In this document: in pieces, positions 28,844 to 38,409 of the stretch
Layout: each line of letters begins with the position of its first letter
How positions within the stretch are numbered: position 1 is the stretch's first letter
From: an uncultured Nitrososphaerota archaeon
GTDB lineage: Archaea; Thermoproteota; Nitrososphaeria; Nitrososphaerales; CADDZS01
Direction of reading: 5' to 3'
Length of the DNA stretch: 64,000 nt
Assembly: GCA_963799845.1 (NCBI GenBank)
Contig: CAWCYI010000004.1
Location: 160,001 to 224,000 of the forward strand
Program-made: the position numbers and the translations under genes
Notes under the pieces: generated by a model
The model's input: only the letters and a program-made list of their open reading frames with translations
What the model was told of the DNA's origin: nothing
The model's database searches: none

Positions 28844-31335
28844 GAGTCACTAACAAGTTTCGGTCCCTTCGATGACCAACCGCTAAAGCTCAAAACCTTG
28901 ATGGAATCGCATTTCTTCAAAAGAAAATCATGAAATTCTTTGTCCTCAGTCGCAACAATAACTTGCTTTGCCTTCGAAAGTTCAGATATAACTTCAGAAA
29001 GTGATTCTTTATGTTTTGAATCCATGCTCTGAGTCGGATCATCCATCAGAACTGTTCCAAACTTTTCTCCGAGTTTCTCATTGTTTGCTAAAAACAAAGA
29101 AATCGCAGCTGCATTCTTCTGTGCGTTAGATAGACGTGTCTGAATATACGTGGAACCCTGCTCACCAGTTGCTTGAAAAGAATACGTAGGCGATTCTCCC
29201 TTTTCTGAAACAATTTGAATTTTCTTGAAGATTGGATGTCCTACCATTCTTGAATAATAGGAATCTATGAGACCTGAAAGATTAGCGAGCTCATTCGTCG
29301 CGGACTCTTTTCCGTATTCCAAGGCAACCTGGCGAAACATGTTCAATAAGCCCTGAAGTTTTTCGGTACTCTCTTTGCTTGCTTGTATTGAGCCTATTAG
29401 TTGAGCAATGTGAGGAAGCTCCTGTTCAAGTGTATCAAGTTCTTCGAAATCTTTCAAATATTCGACTATCTTTTCCAGCTTTGAGATCTTGACGAAAAAA
29501 TCTTCAATTGATTTGTCGCTGTTGTCCTGCTCCATCTCAGAGTTGATCTGCGTTATCTTTTCATTTACCAATTCTAGCAGCTGATCGCCTTCGACCTTTG
29601 CGCCAATCGCATCCCGGAGGACTGTTTGTGACAAGTTTACAGATTCTATGGTTCTTTTGAGATCGGTAAATTGCCTTTCAAATGCCGACTTGCGCTCGTT
29701 GAGTGTAATTGTTCGGTTTTTCAGCTCATTTGCGGTTTGCTTTGATTTCTCAATTTGCTCATCGAATGAATAGTTCTCATTAACATTTTCCTTATCAACC
29801 ACAAATCCTCGAAGTTTGGATAGGGATTTTTCAAGGGCTTGTTGTTCAGAACTTTGCCTTATTCCAAGTTGGTCTAGTTCTTCCTTGATTGTTTTCGTCT
29901 CTCTGATCTTTCTTTCTGCACCAGTACGTTCAGCTTCAAGCGAAGCAATTTTTTGTGACAAGTCATTCTTGTTCCTATCTTCCAGAGAACGAATAACCTT
30001 CTCAACATCGATTAGTTGCTGACAAATTGGGCATTCGTGCGAACGCTCTGAGGATAAATAATTCAGACCAACAACTAACAGCTGACCGAGCTTCGATGAG
30101 CTATCAATCGAGTGACGAACATCTTCGAGTTTCCTACCTTCCGCTTCCAGGTCAAGACGTAGTCGTTCGAGATCTCCATACTTATTGACAATTTCACTAG
30201 ATTTCGACCTTGCCCTGTCAATATTTTGCTTCGTTGTTGAAACCTCGGACCTCATTGCAATCAGATTGGTAACCAGTTTATCCAATTCTCGTACTTTTGG
30301 TTCAATATCCTGAAGTTGCGATAAGACATCCTTTCTGGAGGCGTCAACAGAATCCAGAGTTATTTGACCAATCGACTCTAATTCCATCCTCGCCGCTTCG
30401 TAAGTGGTTTTCGATCGGTTTATCGTTCCAATCTTTTTGTCGAGTTCCGCTACTCGCTTGAGTCGCCTTTCGTTCAGCTCTCTGAGGTACTTGGATAATG
30501 CATCAGCCGCATCTCTGATTTGCTCTACCTGAGGAACGGGGTACTTGATTTTGGGAGGACTAGGGTCGTATTTTGAAGCGAGCGACATGGCATCAGTTAT
30601 GATCGTGGAAAGGTCGGCGCCGCATCTTTCGACTGAAAGTTCGCTTTCATCATAACCACTTGAAATCAGCTTCTGTTTCTTCTCAGAAACAAGCTTGCGC
30701 AAATTGCTTGCAAGTTTCTCCTTGTCGGCACCTATTTCGTTTAACCGCTTATCTAGACTCTTTGTCTTTCCGTTAAAGTATCGGTCAAGATCTAGGGCTT
30801 CTGCGAATTCTCTAATTTCGTACGTCCCCAGCAGCCGATCAATTCCACGGCTTCGCTCTTTTGGGTCCATTGAAAGAATTTCTTGTATTGCCTCTTGATG
30901 AAGATAGAAAACACCTGAGAAATCGTCAGAGACTGTCCCAAATTGCTTAGCGACCTGATTCAGCGCATCATCATCTTTCAGAAGCTCACCTTCTAAATCA
31001 ACAGTAAGTGAAGAAGCTCCTCTAGTAGACGACTTTCCCATCTTCCTAGTTCTAGTAAGGACGATCCTCCGTTTTCCATCTTCGGCAGTCAAGCTTACGA
31101 GAGCGTTCTTCTTCGCTGCAAACTCGTTAACGATCGCATCTTCCTTTCCAAAATCAGAACCTGTAAAGTAGGATATCTCTCCAGTTAGACACCATTCTAT
31201 CGATTGCATGAAGCTGGACTTTCCTTCGCCGTTGTTCCCGTAGAGTAGAGTAACCCCGTTCGTTAATGGAAAGTTGCATTTCTCGTTGAAACCACGGAAT
31301 CCTTCAGCCGTTATTTCGGTTAGCCTTAAGGCCAT
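28840..31335 (-). CDS. Rad50/SbcC-like SMC ATPase
   Basis: GFRGF, Walker A GNNGEGKSS, Q-loop YLHQE, zinc hook CPIC, signature LSNAQ and Walker B MDDPTQSMD. Confidence 0.9.
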   Translation of the reverse strand: MALRLTEITAEGFRGFNEKCNFPLTNGVTLLYGNNGEGKSSFMQSIEWCLTGEISYFTGSDFGKEDAIVNEFAAKKNALVSLTAEDGKRRIVLTRTRKMGKSSTRGASSLTVDLEGELLKDDDALNQVAKQFGTVSDDFSGVFYLHQEAIQEILSMDPKERSRGIDRLLGTYEIREFAEALDLDRYFNGKTKSLDKRLNEIGADKEKLASNLRKLVSEKKQKLISSGYDESELSVERCGADLSTIITDAMSLASKYDPSPPKIKYPVPQVEQIRDAADALSKYLRELNERRLKRVAELDKKIGTINRSKTTYEAARMELESIGQITLDSVDASRKDVLSQLQDIEPKVRELDKLVTNLIAMRSEVSTTKQNIDRARSKSSEIVNKYGDLERLRLDLEAEGRKLEDVRHSIDSSSKLGQLLVVGLNYLSSERSHECPICQQLIDVEKVIRSLEDRNKNDLSQKIASLEAERTGAERKIRETKTIKEELDQLGIRQSSEQQALEKSLSKLRGFVVDKENVNENYSFDEQIEKSKQTANELKNRTITLNERKSAFERQFTDLKRTIESVNLSQTVLRDAIGAKVEGDQLLELVNEKITQINSEMEQDNSDKSIEDFFVKISKLEKIVEYLKDFEELDTLEQELPHIAQLIGSIQASKESTEKLQGLLNMFRQVALEYGKESATNELANLSGLIDSYYSRMVGHPIFKKIQIVSEKGESPTYSFQATGEQGSTYIQTRLSNAQKNAAAISLFLANNEKLGEKFGTVLMDDPTQSMDSKHKESLSEVISELSKAKQVIVATEDKEFHDFLLKKCDSIKVLSFSGWSSKGPKLVSDS

Positions 31336-31514
31336 TAATGCTCTACCTCTTCTCCTATCTTCTCTATCATTTCCTTAAGCTGATCTTGTAAAGCGGCTTT
31401 GCCTTTTTCCCTTTGGATATCCAATAATTCCTTTAGCAGCTTTTCATCTGCCGGAACTCGTTTTGGTAATCTCTTACAAAATTCTTCATACATCCTTTGA
31501 TAGATATCGGGCAA
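31335..31514 (-). CDS. Small helical protein (52-59 aa) missing from the ORF track
   Basis: (MPDIYQR)MYEEFCKRLPKRVPADEKLLKELLDIQREKGKAALQDQLKEMIEKIGEEVEH; its TAA overlaps the SMC ATG (TAATG). Confidence 0.65.
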   Translation of the reverse strand: MPDIYQRMYEEFCKRLPKRVPADEKLLKELLDIQREKGKAALQDQLKEMIEKIGEEVEH

Positions 31515-31627
31515 TTGGTATCATGCTCGGGAAACAATTAGCCCTAATAAATTGAACTTTTCCAATTCTAATTGTTCGGGAGTAGACTACAAGGTCGAAA
31601 ACGGAGAAGAAAGAACATGGCGGGAAG

Positions 31628-32080
31628 TCAACGAGCAGGAGCGCCGCATTGAGAGCAAGTGTTGTTTCTGAAGACATCCATCAGAGCCCCACAGTATTTA
31701 CACGGGATCTTCACGACCTCTTTCTCAATGACGATAGTAGGAGAAACCGTGCTTGAGAGAGGGATTCGGAGATTATTGATTTTGGTCACCCATTGTTCGG
31801 GGATCACGGCTATATTGAAAGTGATTTGAGTTGTCCCAAATCCATTGTTCGCATTTTTTGTTGTAATTAGAAGCTCCTGACCGCCTAAACGTGCGTGCTT
31901 TGCGTTGACAGTTGTCATATCTCTAAGAGTAACACCAAACTGATTAAATTTCTTGTGAATAACACCTTCTCCATATTCAAACAAGATTCTCCTGTCAGTT
32001 AAGTAAAGCGTGCCCTTTCGGCCTAGGAAAGCTGCGATAGTTTGATCAATTTGCCTTTCTCCTTCAGCTAGGACTGGCAA
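31628..32080 (-). CDS. PH/GRAM-like domain protein with C-terminal zinc ribbon
   Basis: GTLYLTDRRILF; CKYCG...CSQCGA. Confidence 0.7.
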   Translation of the reverse strand: MPVLAEGERQIDQTIAAFLGRKGTLYLTDRRILFEYGEGVIHKKFNQFGVTLRDMTTVNAKHARLGGQELLITTKNANNGFGTTQITFNIAVIPEQWVTKINNLRIPLSSTVSPTIVIEKEVVKIPCKYCGALMDVFRNNTCSQCGAPAR

Positions 32081-32100
32081 TTAAAGTCCACTTACGATTT

Positions 32101-32454
32101 CTAGTTGAGCGGAGTACCGCATTTATTACAGAATTTAGATCCTTCATTTGCAGAAGCTCCGCAATTATGACAGAATCTTCCGCTTGCTGCTTGAGGCGAG
32201 TATGGTTGAGCTGCCGACAAAATAGTTTGTTTTTCTATTAATTTCGTACGCATTAAGAAAGAGCCAGACTGAATAGCAAGAATGAATTGTGTTCCGCATT
32301 TCTGACATACCGCATCTGGCTGGGCAATTTCTAACACATGACCTCCGCACTTTGGACATCTAGAACGTTTCAAGGCTAGCTCGAAATCCGCTCTTTGTTT
32401 CACTAATTGGCGGTTATGACGAGACATACAAAGAAAAGTGAAATTAAGAAACAT
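32101..32454 (-). CDS. Multi-zinc-ribbon protein
   Basis: CPKCG...CQKCG and FCHNCG...FCNKCG. Confidence 0.7.
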   Translation of the reverse strand: MFLNFTFLCMSRHNRQLVKQRADFELALKRSRCPKCGGHVLEIAQPDAVCQKCGTQFILAIQSGSFLMRTKLIEKQTILSAAQPYSPQAASGRFCHNCGASANEGSKFCNKCGTPLN

Positions 32455-32798
32455 TATTCATTACGAATCTCGAATCAAGAGTTGGAATCTAAGTATCACA
32501 AATCTGAAGCACTCTATCAGAATAGGTGAACAAATCTCCCGTGCGTCTAGTTCTCACATACTTAATGTAGCGCTGATCCAATCCGTGAGAAATTAGAATC
32601 ACGTGAATTGAAGATCTTTAATCCAATGCCTCAATGCAACGCCTCTATCAGAGCAGATTTTTTCGTTATGATTATGCTTGATAATGCAAGATTTGTCTTT
32701 CTCAATGATTTCACGATTTCGAGATAAGCTCGAATATTCGTTAAAGATTTGTAGATTTGTTCTTCAGACGCGTTCTTGCTCTTCTTTGCAACAAAGTT

Positions 32799-33023
32799 CT
32801 AGCGATAAGGGAGTTCCACAGGGTCATTAGGAACAAAAAGGCCGTAGTCAAGTAGTTCGTCTAACAGCTTGAATTCGGGCTTGGGATTCGATTTGGATAA
32901 TTGATGTGAGTACAGATGAGGCTTGCAATGGGGACACGATTCAATTTTGTTCAATTCCACCAGTGTATCGTAAAGCCAAGCCTCGTCCATCTCGGAGGTG
33001 ACTTTTGCCCAATCTATTCTCAA
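32799..33023 (-). CDS. Small hypothetical protein; the frame stays open after the TAG to about 32631
   Basis: ORF with CPHC in line with its neighbours. Confidence 0.35.
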   Translation of the reverse strand: MRIDWAKVTSEMDEAWLYDTLVELNKIESCPHCKPHLYSHQLSKSNPKPEFKLLDELLDYGLFVPNDPVELPYR

Positions 33024-33055
33024 AGAAATTTCTGCCCCCCGGTATTCGGGATTTA

Positions 33056-33529
33056 TCAGTCTTCGGTGGAAGGGGCTTCCTTCAGAGAAGACATTTGTCT
33101 GATCTTACCCGAAAGAGTGATAAGTTGAAAATCTTCGTCAAAATTTTTCGGATAATCTGAGCCAGGATTGATTACGAAGTAGTGGCTCGAAAGAATCAGA
33201 TCATCACCTATACGCCCACAGCCATCCGCTGTGGGGATTACGAGGTCAATTCCTATTGGAATGCTTCCCGATTTTTTGATTCCTCCCCCGATATTTTCCC
33301 ATATCTTGACTATTTGTTCGACAGCACTGTTGGCGTCGACCGCCATCACATCATTTACAACTATTGTAAATGGCTCGTGCGCTGATATCGAATAGAGAAT
33401 TCCTACGAATCTCGTAAGATGTGAGGATGGTTGAGTTTGTTTCGGCTTCTTCAAATCTCTTCTGAATAACAGGATTGTTAGTTCAATCCCATCTTGTTCC
33501 TTGTTTTCTCGATTTCCTCTTTCCGGCAA
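33056..33529 (-). CDS. Hypothetical protein
   Basis: 157-aa ORF co-oriented with the TFB gene. Confidence 0.5.
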   Translation of the reverse strand: MPERGNRENKEQDGIELTILLFRRDLKKPKQTQPSSHLTRFVGILYSISAHEPFTIVVNDVMAVDANSAVEQIVKIWENIGGGIKKSGSIPIGIDLVIPTADGCGRIGDDLILSSHYFVINPGSDYPKNFDEDFQLITLSGKIRQMSSLKEAPSTED

Positions 33530-33633
33530 ATTGAATCGTTTAGTTCATGCAGTCAGAAAATTTGGCGGTAAGCGTTCAGTAACGCCGACGGGGTGACTGT
33601 CAGCGAGAGGGTCTTTCTCTAAACGCGCACTTT

Positions 33634-34563
33634 TCAAAGATATTTGCTGAGTTCTTTAGATCTTTCTCGAACAGTGACTTCTGTTACACCAGCCGATACC
33701 GCTAGATCCTTCAAAAGATTCTTTTTGTTTTCATTTTCAGCTAAAGAAGAAACTAAGAGAGCTGAAGCCGCCAAACCTTTCGGATTTTTTCCTTCCGTAA
33801 TCTTAGATTCTTTGGCACGATTCAAGATGTCAATTGCCCTAATTGTTACCTTTTCCGACAATCCAATTTTGCTCGCAATTTGCGAGATTGACTTCACCGG
33901 ATCAGGTAAGATCGTTAGATCAAGTTCTCTCATAAGCAGATGATAGCCCTTCAAGACTTCGGCTTCCGAAACATCGCTTATTCGAAGCAGTTCTTCGACC
34001 GCTTTCTGATCTCCTGTTTCTCGGATAGCCGCATAAAGCGATGCAGTGATCAGTCCGAGAATAGAATGACCACGGATGAGGTCTCTTTCAAGCGCTTTAA
34101 GGTAAATATGTTCAGTTCTCCGAACAAGCAAAACTCTTAGATTAAGATTATGTGCGAGTTTATCCAATTCATCGAAAGCCTTCTTTTTGTTTCTGTCGGA
34201 TTGAGTGTGTAACTGAGTTTCGTTATCTAACTTACGAAGTCCAGCTTGCGTAAGAGATCCCGAAGATTCGCGTGTTGCCCTTCCGTTTTGGTAACCTATG
34301 ACCGTGAGTGGACCGTGGCGGCGAGCGAGTTTTTGGACATTAGGATCATCATAATCCCTCTTGCGTTTTTCGTAAGTGCCTGAACCCGGAACCGTCTTGC
34401 GCCTTTCGCTGATTACATGCCCGCATTCAGCGCAGACGAGTTGGCTTTTGTCTAAAACGACTAAGCCTCTCTTACAAAAAGGACATCTCGCCGGTATGTC
34501 GATGTCTCTCTTATTCGCTGTTAGAAATTCTTTCGAGACGATGGGGCCATTGTTGCTGCTCAC
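33634..34563 (-). CDS. tfb: Transcription initiation factor IIB (TFB) paralog, divergent
   Basis: Zinc ribbon CPFC...CAECG, two cyclin repeats (LIRGHSI..LITASLY; EGKNPKGLAASAL) and HTH AGVTEVTVRER. Confidence 0.88.
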   Translation of the reverse strand: MSSNNGPIVSKEFLTANKRDIDIPARCPFCKRGLVVLDKSQLVCAECGHVISERRKTVPGSGTYEKRKRDYDDPNVQKLARRHGPLTVIGYQNGRATRESSGSLTQAGLRKLDNETQLHTQSDRNKKKAFDELDKLAHNLNLRVLLVRRTEHIYLKALERDLIRGHSILGLITASLYAAIRETGDQKAVEELLRISDVSEAEVLKGYHLLMRELDLTILPDPVKSISQIASKIGLSEKVTIRAIDILNRAKESKITEGKNPKGLAASALLVSSLAENENKKNLLKDLAVSAGVTEVTVRERSKELSKYL

Positions 34564-34616
34564 GTGGTTACACCGTCGAGAACTCCGACCAGGGTTTTGT
34601 CAACATTCCCTAAAAA

Positions 34617-35243
34617 TCATCGAATAGAACCTTCTTTCCACTTTAAGAAGTCGTACATTGTGAGAATGCCGAGCAGACGCTCCTTCTGATCAAGGACAAT
34701 TATAGTATTCCTGACTTCTATCAGCTTTCTCGCAGTTTCTGCGGGTTCGTTTGGATCCATTACTGCAAATTTGTTCCCCTCTAGTGCTTCGCCAATGGAT
34801 TTTGCATCCGGATGGGTTAAAATGCTCTTGTCATTAATCAATCCTGCCAGTCCCTTATGTAGTCGGGAGTGCAGGACCGGCAACTGAGAGAAATTATATT
34901 TTGTCATAATGTCCTTGGCGACACTGATATTTTCATTTTCTTCTACAGAAACTGCTTTTCGGATTTTTTTTGCATCCAATATGCTCTGTACGGTTGGGGG
35001 AGGAGCTTCGATCTGAGGTGCCATTGTGTAGATGCTATCAATCATTAGCCTCACGGTTTCATACTTTGGCAATAGAGAACCATTTGCATAGCGAGAGAGT
35101 GCACCTTTGCTTATTCCGCACTCTTTTGCCAATCTGTATCTCTTGATACCACGCGATTGCATGACCAGAAATAACTGAGTCATGAGTTCGCTCAGAGGAG
35201 GCAGGCGTATCAGATTCTCGTAGTCTTCTATCAAATGTATCAA
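34617..35243 (-). CDS. XRE-family HTH regulator with a CBS pair
   Basis: RYRLAKECGISKGALSRYANGSLLP; MTKYNFSQLPV; LLGILTMYD. Confidence 0.85.
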   Translation of the reverse strand: MIHLIEDYENLIRLPPLSELMTQLFLVMQSRGIKRYRLAKECGISKGALSRYANGSLLPKYETVRLMIDSIYTMAPQIEAPPPTVQSILDAKKIRKAVSVEENENISVAKDIMTKYNFSQLPVLHSRLHKGLAGLINDKSILTHPDAKSIGEALEGNKFAVMDPNEPAETARKLIEVRNTIIVLDQKERLLGILTMYDFLKWKEGSIR

Positions 35244-35251
35244 TCCTCGAG

Positions 35252-35291
35252 AGGTTTACCAGGAGTAAACTTGTTTCTCAAGATTCTTGAG
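35252..35291. promoter_or_regulatory. Palindromes in a divergent promoter (candidate operators)
   Basis: GTTTAC-N5-GTAAAC (35254-35270) and perfect CTCAAGA-T-TCTTGAG (35277-35291) in the 80-bp gap between the XRE gene and the rightward operon. Confidence 0.6.
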
Positions 35292-35323
35292 TCCTGATAA
35301 CACCTCAAGTATATGGTAGAAGT

Positions 35324-35815
35324 ATGTCGAACCAAAAACAGATTCACCAATCAGTAAACGTCTTCGGACCAATAGTTTCCGGCATCTCACTTGATCTGTG
35401 TCGAGTTTGTAATTGTCCTCTCGATACCAATCGAGATAAGCAATGGGTTCGAAGGAGAGACCGAAGATGCCAAGACTGTGTCCGCGGATACCAGCGTATT
35501 TTGATGGCTAAGCTTAGAGACCCGTTGAACGAAGACCCAGTAAAGCGGAAAGAACGTCTGAGAAAGCAACGAATTCTCAACAGACGATTCCGTAGGACGC
35601 GAGGGCAATCTGAACTGGGGACGACCAGTTCGAAGAAGAACGCTTCCCTCGCTGATTATATTCGCGGGCAAGCAAGGGCGTTGGGACTTCAGACATATCT
35701 TCAGTTGTGCCACTCATCACAGTTGGAGGAAATCAGACAATTCTCCACTCCCGATGTCAAACAGGTTCACTTTGATGACGAACGAATAGCAGGATCTTTA
35801 GCCACTAGCCACTAA
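35324..35815 (+). CDS. Basic zinc-finger protein, virus-like
   Basis: CRVC...CQDC followed by an Arg-rich helix; first gene of the rightward operon. Confidence 0.6.
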   Translation: MSNQKQIHQSVNVFGPIVSGISLDLCRVCNCPLDTNRDKQWVRRRDRRCQDCVRGYQRILMAKLRDPLNEDPVKRKERLRKQRILNRRFRRTRGQSELGTTSSKKNASLADYIRGQARALGLQTYLQLCHSSQLEEIRQFSTPDVKQVHFDDERIAGSLATSH

Positions 35816-35843
35816 CAATTCTATGTTTCAGAAGTGAAAAATC

Positions 35844-36074
35844 ATGGAATCAGAAACCCTACACCAATCCGATATAGAAAGGGAAACGCTGAGTCTATCG
35901 AAACGTCTAAAGAAACCTGCAAATCACGCTGATTCATGTACTTGCTTCTTTTGTATGGGCGGTTCGGTAGACGATTTGGATTTTACCTATCATAGATCTA
36001 AATACGACAATCCCATAGCAGACGATGACCAATTAGATTACGGTAGAATGGGCGTGTATAACCCCAATTACTAA
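35844..36074 (+). CDS. Small hypothetical protein
   Basis: ATG directly after the repeat; CTCFFC. Confidence 0.5.
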   Translation: MESETLHQSDIERETLSLSKRLKKPANHADSCTCFFCMGGSVDDLDFTYHRSKYDNPIADDDQLDYGRMGVYNPNY

Positions 36075-36334
36075 GGCAATTAAGCGAACCTCATCTTGGT
36101 CACTGTTGACCCGGCTATACATGAAAAATCACGTATTCAGAAACTGCGAAGGAATACGAAATCTCTTGGTAACCCTTCTACTATGAAGTAATGCAACATC
36201 ATGTAATCGTAACTGATATTCTGCCGGGTCTGTCCGAACTCGCTCTTGAGCTCGAAGACACAACAATAGTACAAATTCTGCGCTAGGTCCAGTGCAAGAT
36301 TAATCCACGTTTTCTCTTAGGGCGCACTACGAGG

Positions 36335-36622
36335 ATGCCCACCCAGGAACGAAATTCGAATCAACTCTGGCGACTAACAATCCTTTTGTGCAGTGAGCGA
36401 AAAATCTTGGAATCTGAAATCCAACGCCAACCAGATCTAGAAGAGGACCCAATGGGCCTATTGAAACGCTTGCCTTCACATTTTACTGAATCTTCTCTGA
36501 AGACATGCTTTCTTTGCAGGAAACCGATTTGGACGGAAGAAATGTTTGAGCACGTTAGAACGACTCACACGACACCAAGTAGTTTTCTGGCTGACGCTAA
36601 ACTAAGCTCATCGACCCGCTAA
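36335..36622 (+). CDS. Small C2H2-like zinc-finger protein; start may be 36451
   Basis: CFLC-x11-HVRTTH. Confidence 0.45.
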   Translation: MPTQERNSNQLWRLTILLCSERKILESEIQRQPDLEEDPMGLLKRLPSHFTESSLKTCFLCRKPIWTEEMFEHVRTTHTTPSSFLADAKLSSSTR

Positions 36623-36652
36623 CAATGTCCGGCAACAGAGAGTGAACATGGC

Positions 36653-37099
36653 TTGTTTTACCCGATACTACATCAGGATTGGAAAAAATTAGTGGATACC
36701 AAGACTTTGGGAGAGATGAAGGAATATCTACACGGACTTGGCGTACCCAATGAGTGGGGCTACGCCCCACACGGTCTCGCCCGAATTCTTGACGACATTC
36801 CAGATTCTTGTGATCAATTGCTGAATGGCAAGAGGGTCTTAAGAGACTTAGGAAAGTGCGTGGAAGCGATCGACATTGCACTTTTTCGCAACTGGCGTGA
36901 CTATCAGTCGCTGCCAGTATATGGATTAGAAGACGACGATGAGTTCGAAGCCTGTTCTGAGATTCTTCACGGATTGAGAAATAGACTGACTTCGAAATAC
37001 GGCGAAGGAATCCTAGAAGAGAAGTATCCCGAACCGATTAACGGTTGCGCCAGCGGCTTCATTGTAATCCCAGACTCATCGATTGTTTCAGAGTATTGA
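36653..37099 (+). CDS. Hypothetical protein
   Basis: 148-aa acidic ORF in the operon; the start may be the ATG at 36625 with an indel. Confidence 0.55.
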   Translation: MFYPILHQDWKKLVDTKTLGEMKEYLHGLGVPNEWGYAPHGLARILDDIPDSCDQLLNGKRVLRDLGKCVEAIDIALFRNWRDYQSLPVYGLEDDDEFEACSEILHGLRNRLTSKYGEGILEEKYPEPINGCASGFIVIPDSSIVSEY

Positions 37100-37144
37100 C
37101 CCTGAACGTCACTAACAATTCTACGTCTTGGGAGTGAAAAATCA

Positions 37145-37423
37145 ATGCATTCAGAAACAATGTTTGCGAAAAAAACATCAAAGAAAAATGGGAAGGGGGC
37201 TAGAATTATTGGTGTTAAGGATAAATCTCACAATGATTACTACGAAATGCTAGAGAACGATCCTGGACTCGACGGGGCAGAGTTTTGGATTTTCGAAATC
37301 CTGGAAAATGGCAAGATCCTGTTCAACGACAAGGAAATGACCGTAGAAGGGTTTCATGAGTGTCTTAGGGCAGGTGGTGAGATATGGAGTTCAAGGCAAC
37401 TCCAATCCACTAACAATCCATAG
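37145..37423 (+). CDS. Small hypothetical protein
   Basis: ATG directly after the second full repeat copy. Confidence 0.55.
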   Translation: MHSETMFAKKTSKKNGKGARIIGVKDKSHNDYYEMLENDPGLDGAEFWIFEILENGKILFNDKEMTVEGFHECLRAGGEIWSSRQLQSTNNP

Positions 37424-37433
37424 GTTGATACAA

Positions 37434-37907
37434 ATGAACGCAACCCAAGACTCGAAGAATGACTACTCACCTCCAGGAATTTTGAACTTTAAGGAGGATG
37501 GACTAGTAATCCTCTGGAAGTGCAGGTGCCAAAAAGGAGAATCACAATTACTGAGGATTCTTGAATCAAAGAAAGTCTTTGATAGAGTCCTTGACCTCCA
37601 CCGGGGTAATTCAAATCCTGAAAAGATATACGTGTATCAAAATTTGCGACGTGGCGAGCACATCCTAATTCACACAGATTTGCCCTCACTTTCCCTTCAG
37701 GGCTTTGGTTACGACATGAGTCCCGATGAGGAATCCCTCCGCATGTGGAATAAGTTGAAGGGAAGTCAGAATGGGTTGCTGGTCGAGAAGCAACTTTACG
37801 TGGTTGTACCAATTTCGCAGCTGCGACGCAGACTTCTCTTCTCAATAGAAATTATGGACCCAAGCGGAACGATCAGGGGACTCAAGTCAATAAAGAAACT
37901 ATGGTGA
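37434..37907 (+). CDS. Hypothetical protein
   Basis: ORF in the operon; probable start MNATQD. Confidence 0.55.
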   Translation: MNATQDSKNDYSPPGILNFKEDGLVILWKCRCQKGESQLLRILESKKVFDRVLDLHRGNSNPEKIYVYQNLRRGEHILIHTDLPSLSLQGFGYDMSPDEESLRMWNKLKGSQNGLLVEKQLYVVVPISQLRRRLLFSIEIMDPSGTIRGLKSIKKLW

Positions 37908-37913
37908 CTCGAA

Positions 37914-38408
37914 GTGGAAGAAATAGAAGACAAGGAAGACGAGTTCGTGAATGACGATCCCACATCTCTAGCAGAGATGACCTTGTCCTTAATCGAGGAG
38001 TTGTTCATTTATCCGGAGTCCGAGGAGGACATCAAACTTGCAGATAGGATCTATCAAAGAGGGTTCCAAAAACACTGTAGTTTCAATGCTTTCGCTTCTT
38101 CACCTCTCTTTCGGAAATTGAAGGAACTTCCAGAAGAGGACTGGTACGCCGTGTTCGCAAATGCCAGAAAGAAACGGGACTGGCTATGCGAGTGGGAGAG
38201 GAATTTTATTCTCCGCAATTTCGGCAAGTTCGAGCTGGGCGTAATCTACGACAAGTTGTCTCTCTGGAACATTCTCCTTGCGTCAGACGTAGGTCATCCG
38301 AGTCATAGAGCCGTAAAGGAATCTATGCTAAATTCAGGAGAAATTCTTGGAGCGATTGCTCGCGAAAAAACAAGACGGAAGAGTTCCCCGAAAGGAGCGA
38401 TTCAGTAA
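37914..38408 (+). CDS. Hypothetical protein
   Basis: GGTGA RBS before GTG; tight spacing with neighbours. Confidence 0.6.
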   Translation: MEEIEDKEDEFVNDDPTSLAEMTLSLIEELFIYPESEEDIKLADRIYQRGFQKHCSFNAFASSPLFRKLKELPEEDWYAVFANARKKRDWLCEWERNFILRNFGKFELGVIYDKLSLWNILLASDVGHPSHRAVKESMLNSGEILGAIAREKTRRKSSPKGAIQ

Positions 38409-38409
38409 C

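Larger units (their letters stand above)
35810..37158 (+). repeat. Dispersed gene-boundary repeat: 35810-35857, partial copy 36122-36144, 37110-37158
   Basis: CACTAACAATTCTAYGTYTYRGRAGTGAAAAATCA (30/35 identical between the full copies) followed by ATG..TCAGAAAC. Confidence 0.75.

Noticed and set aside
33537-33625. Hammerhead ribozyme
   Set aside because: The conserved CUGANGA and GAAA core is not correctly placed on either strand.
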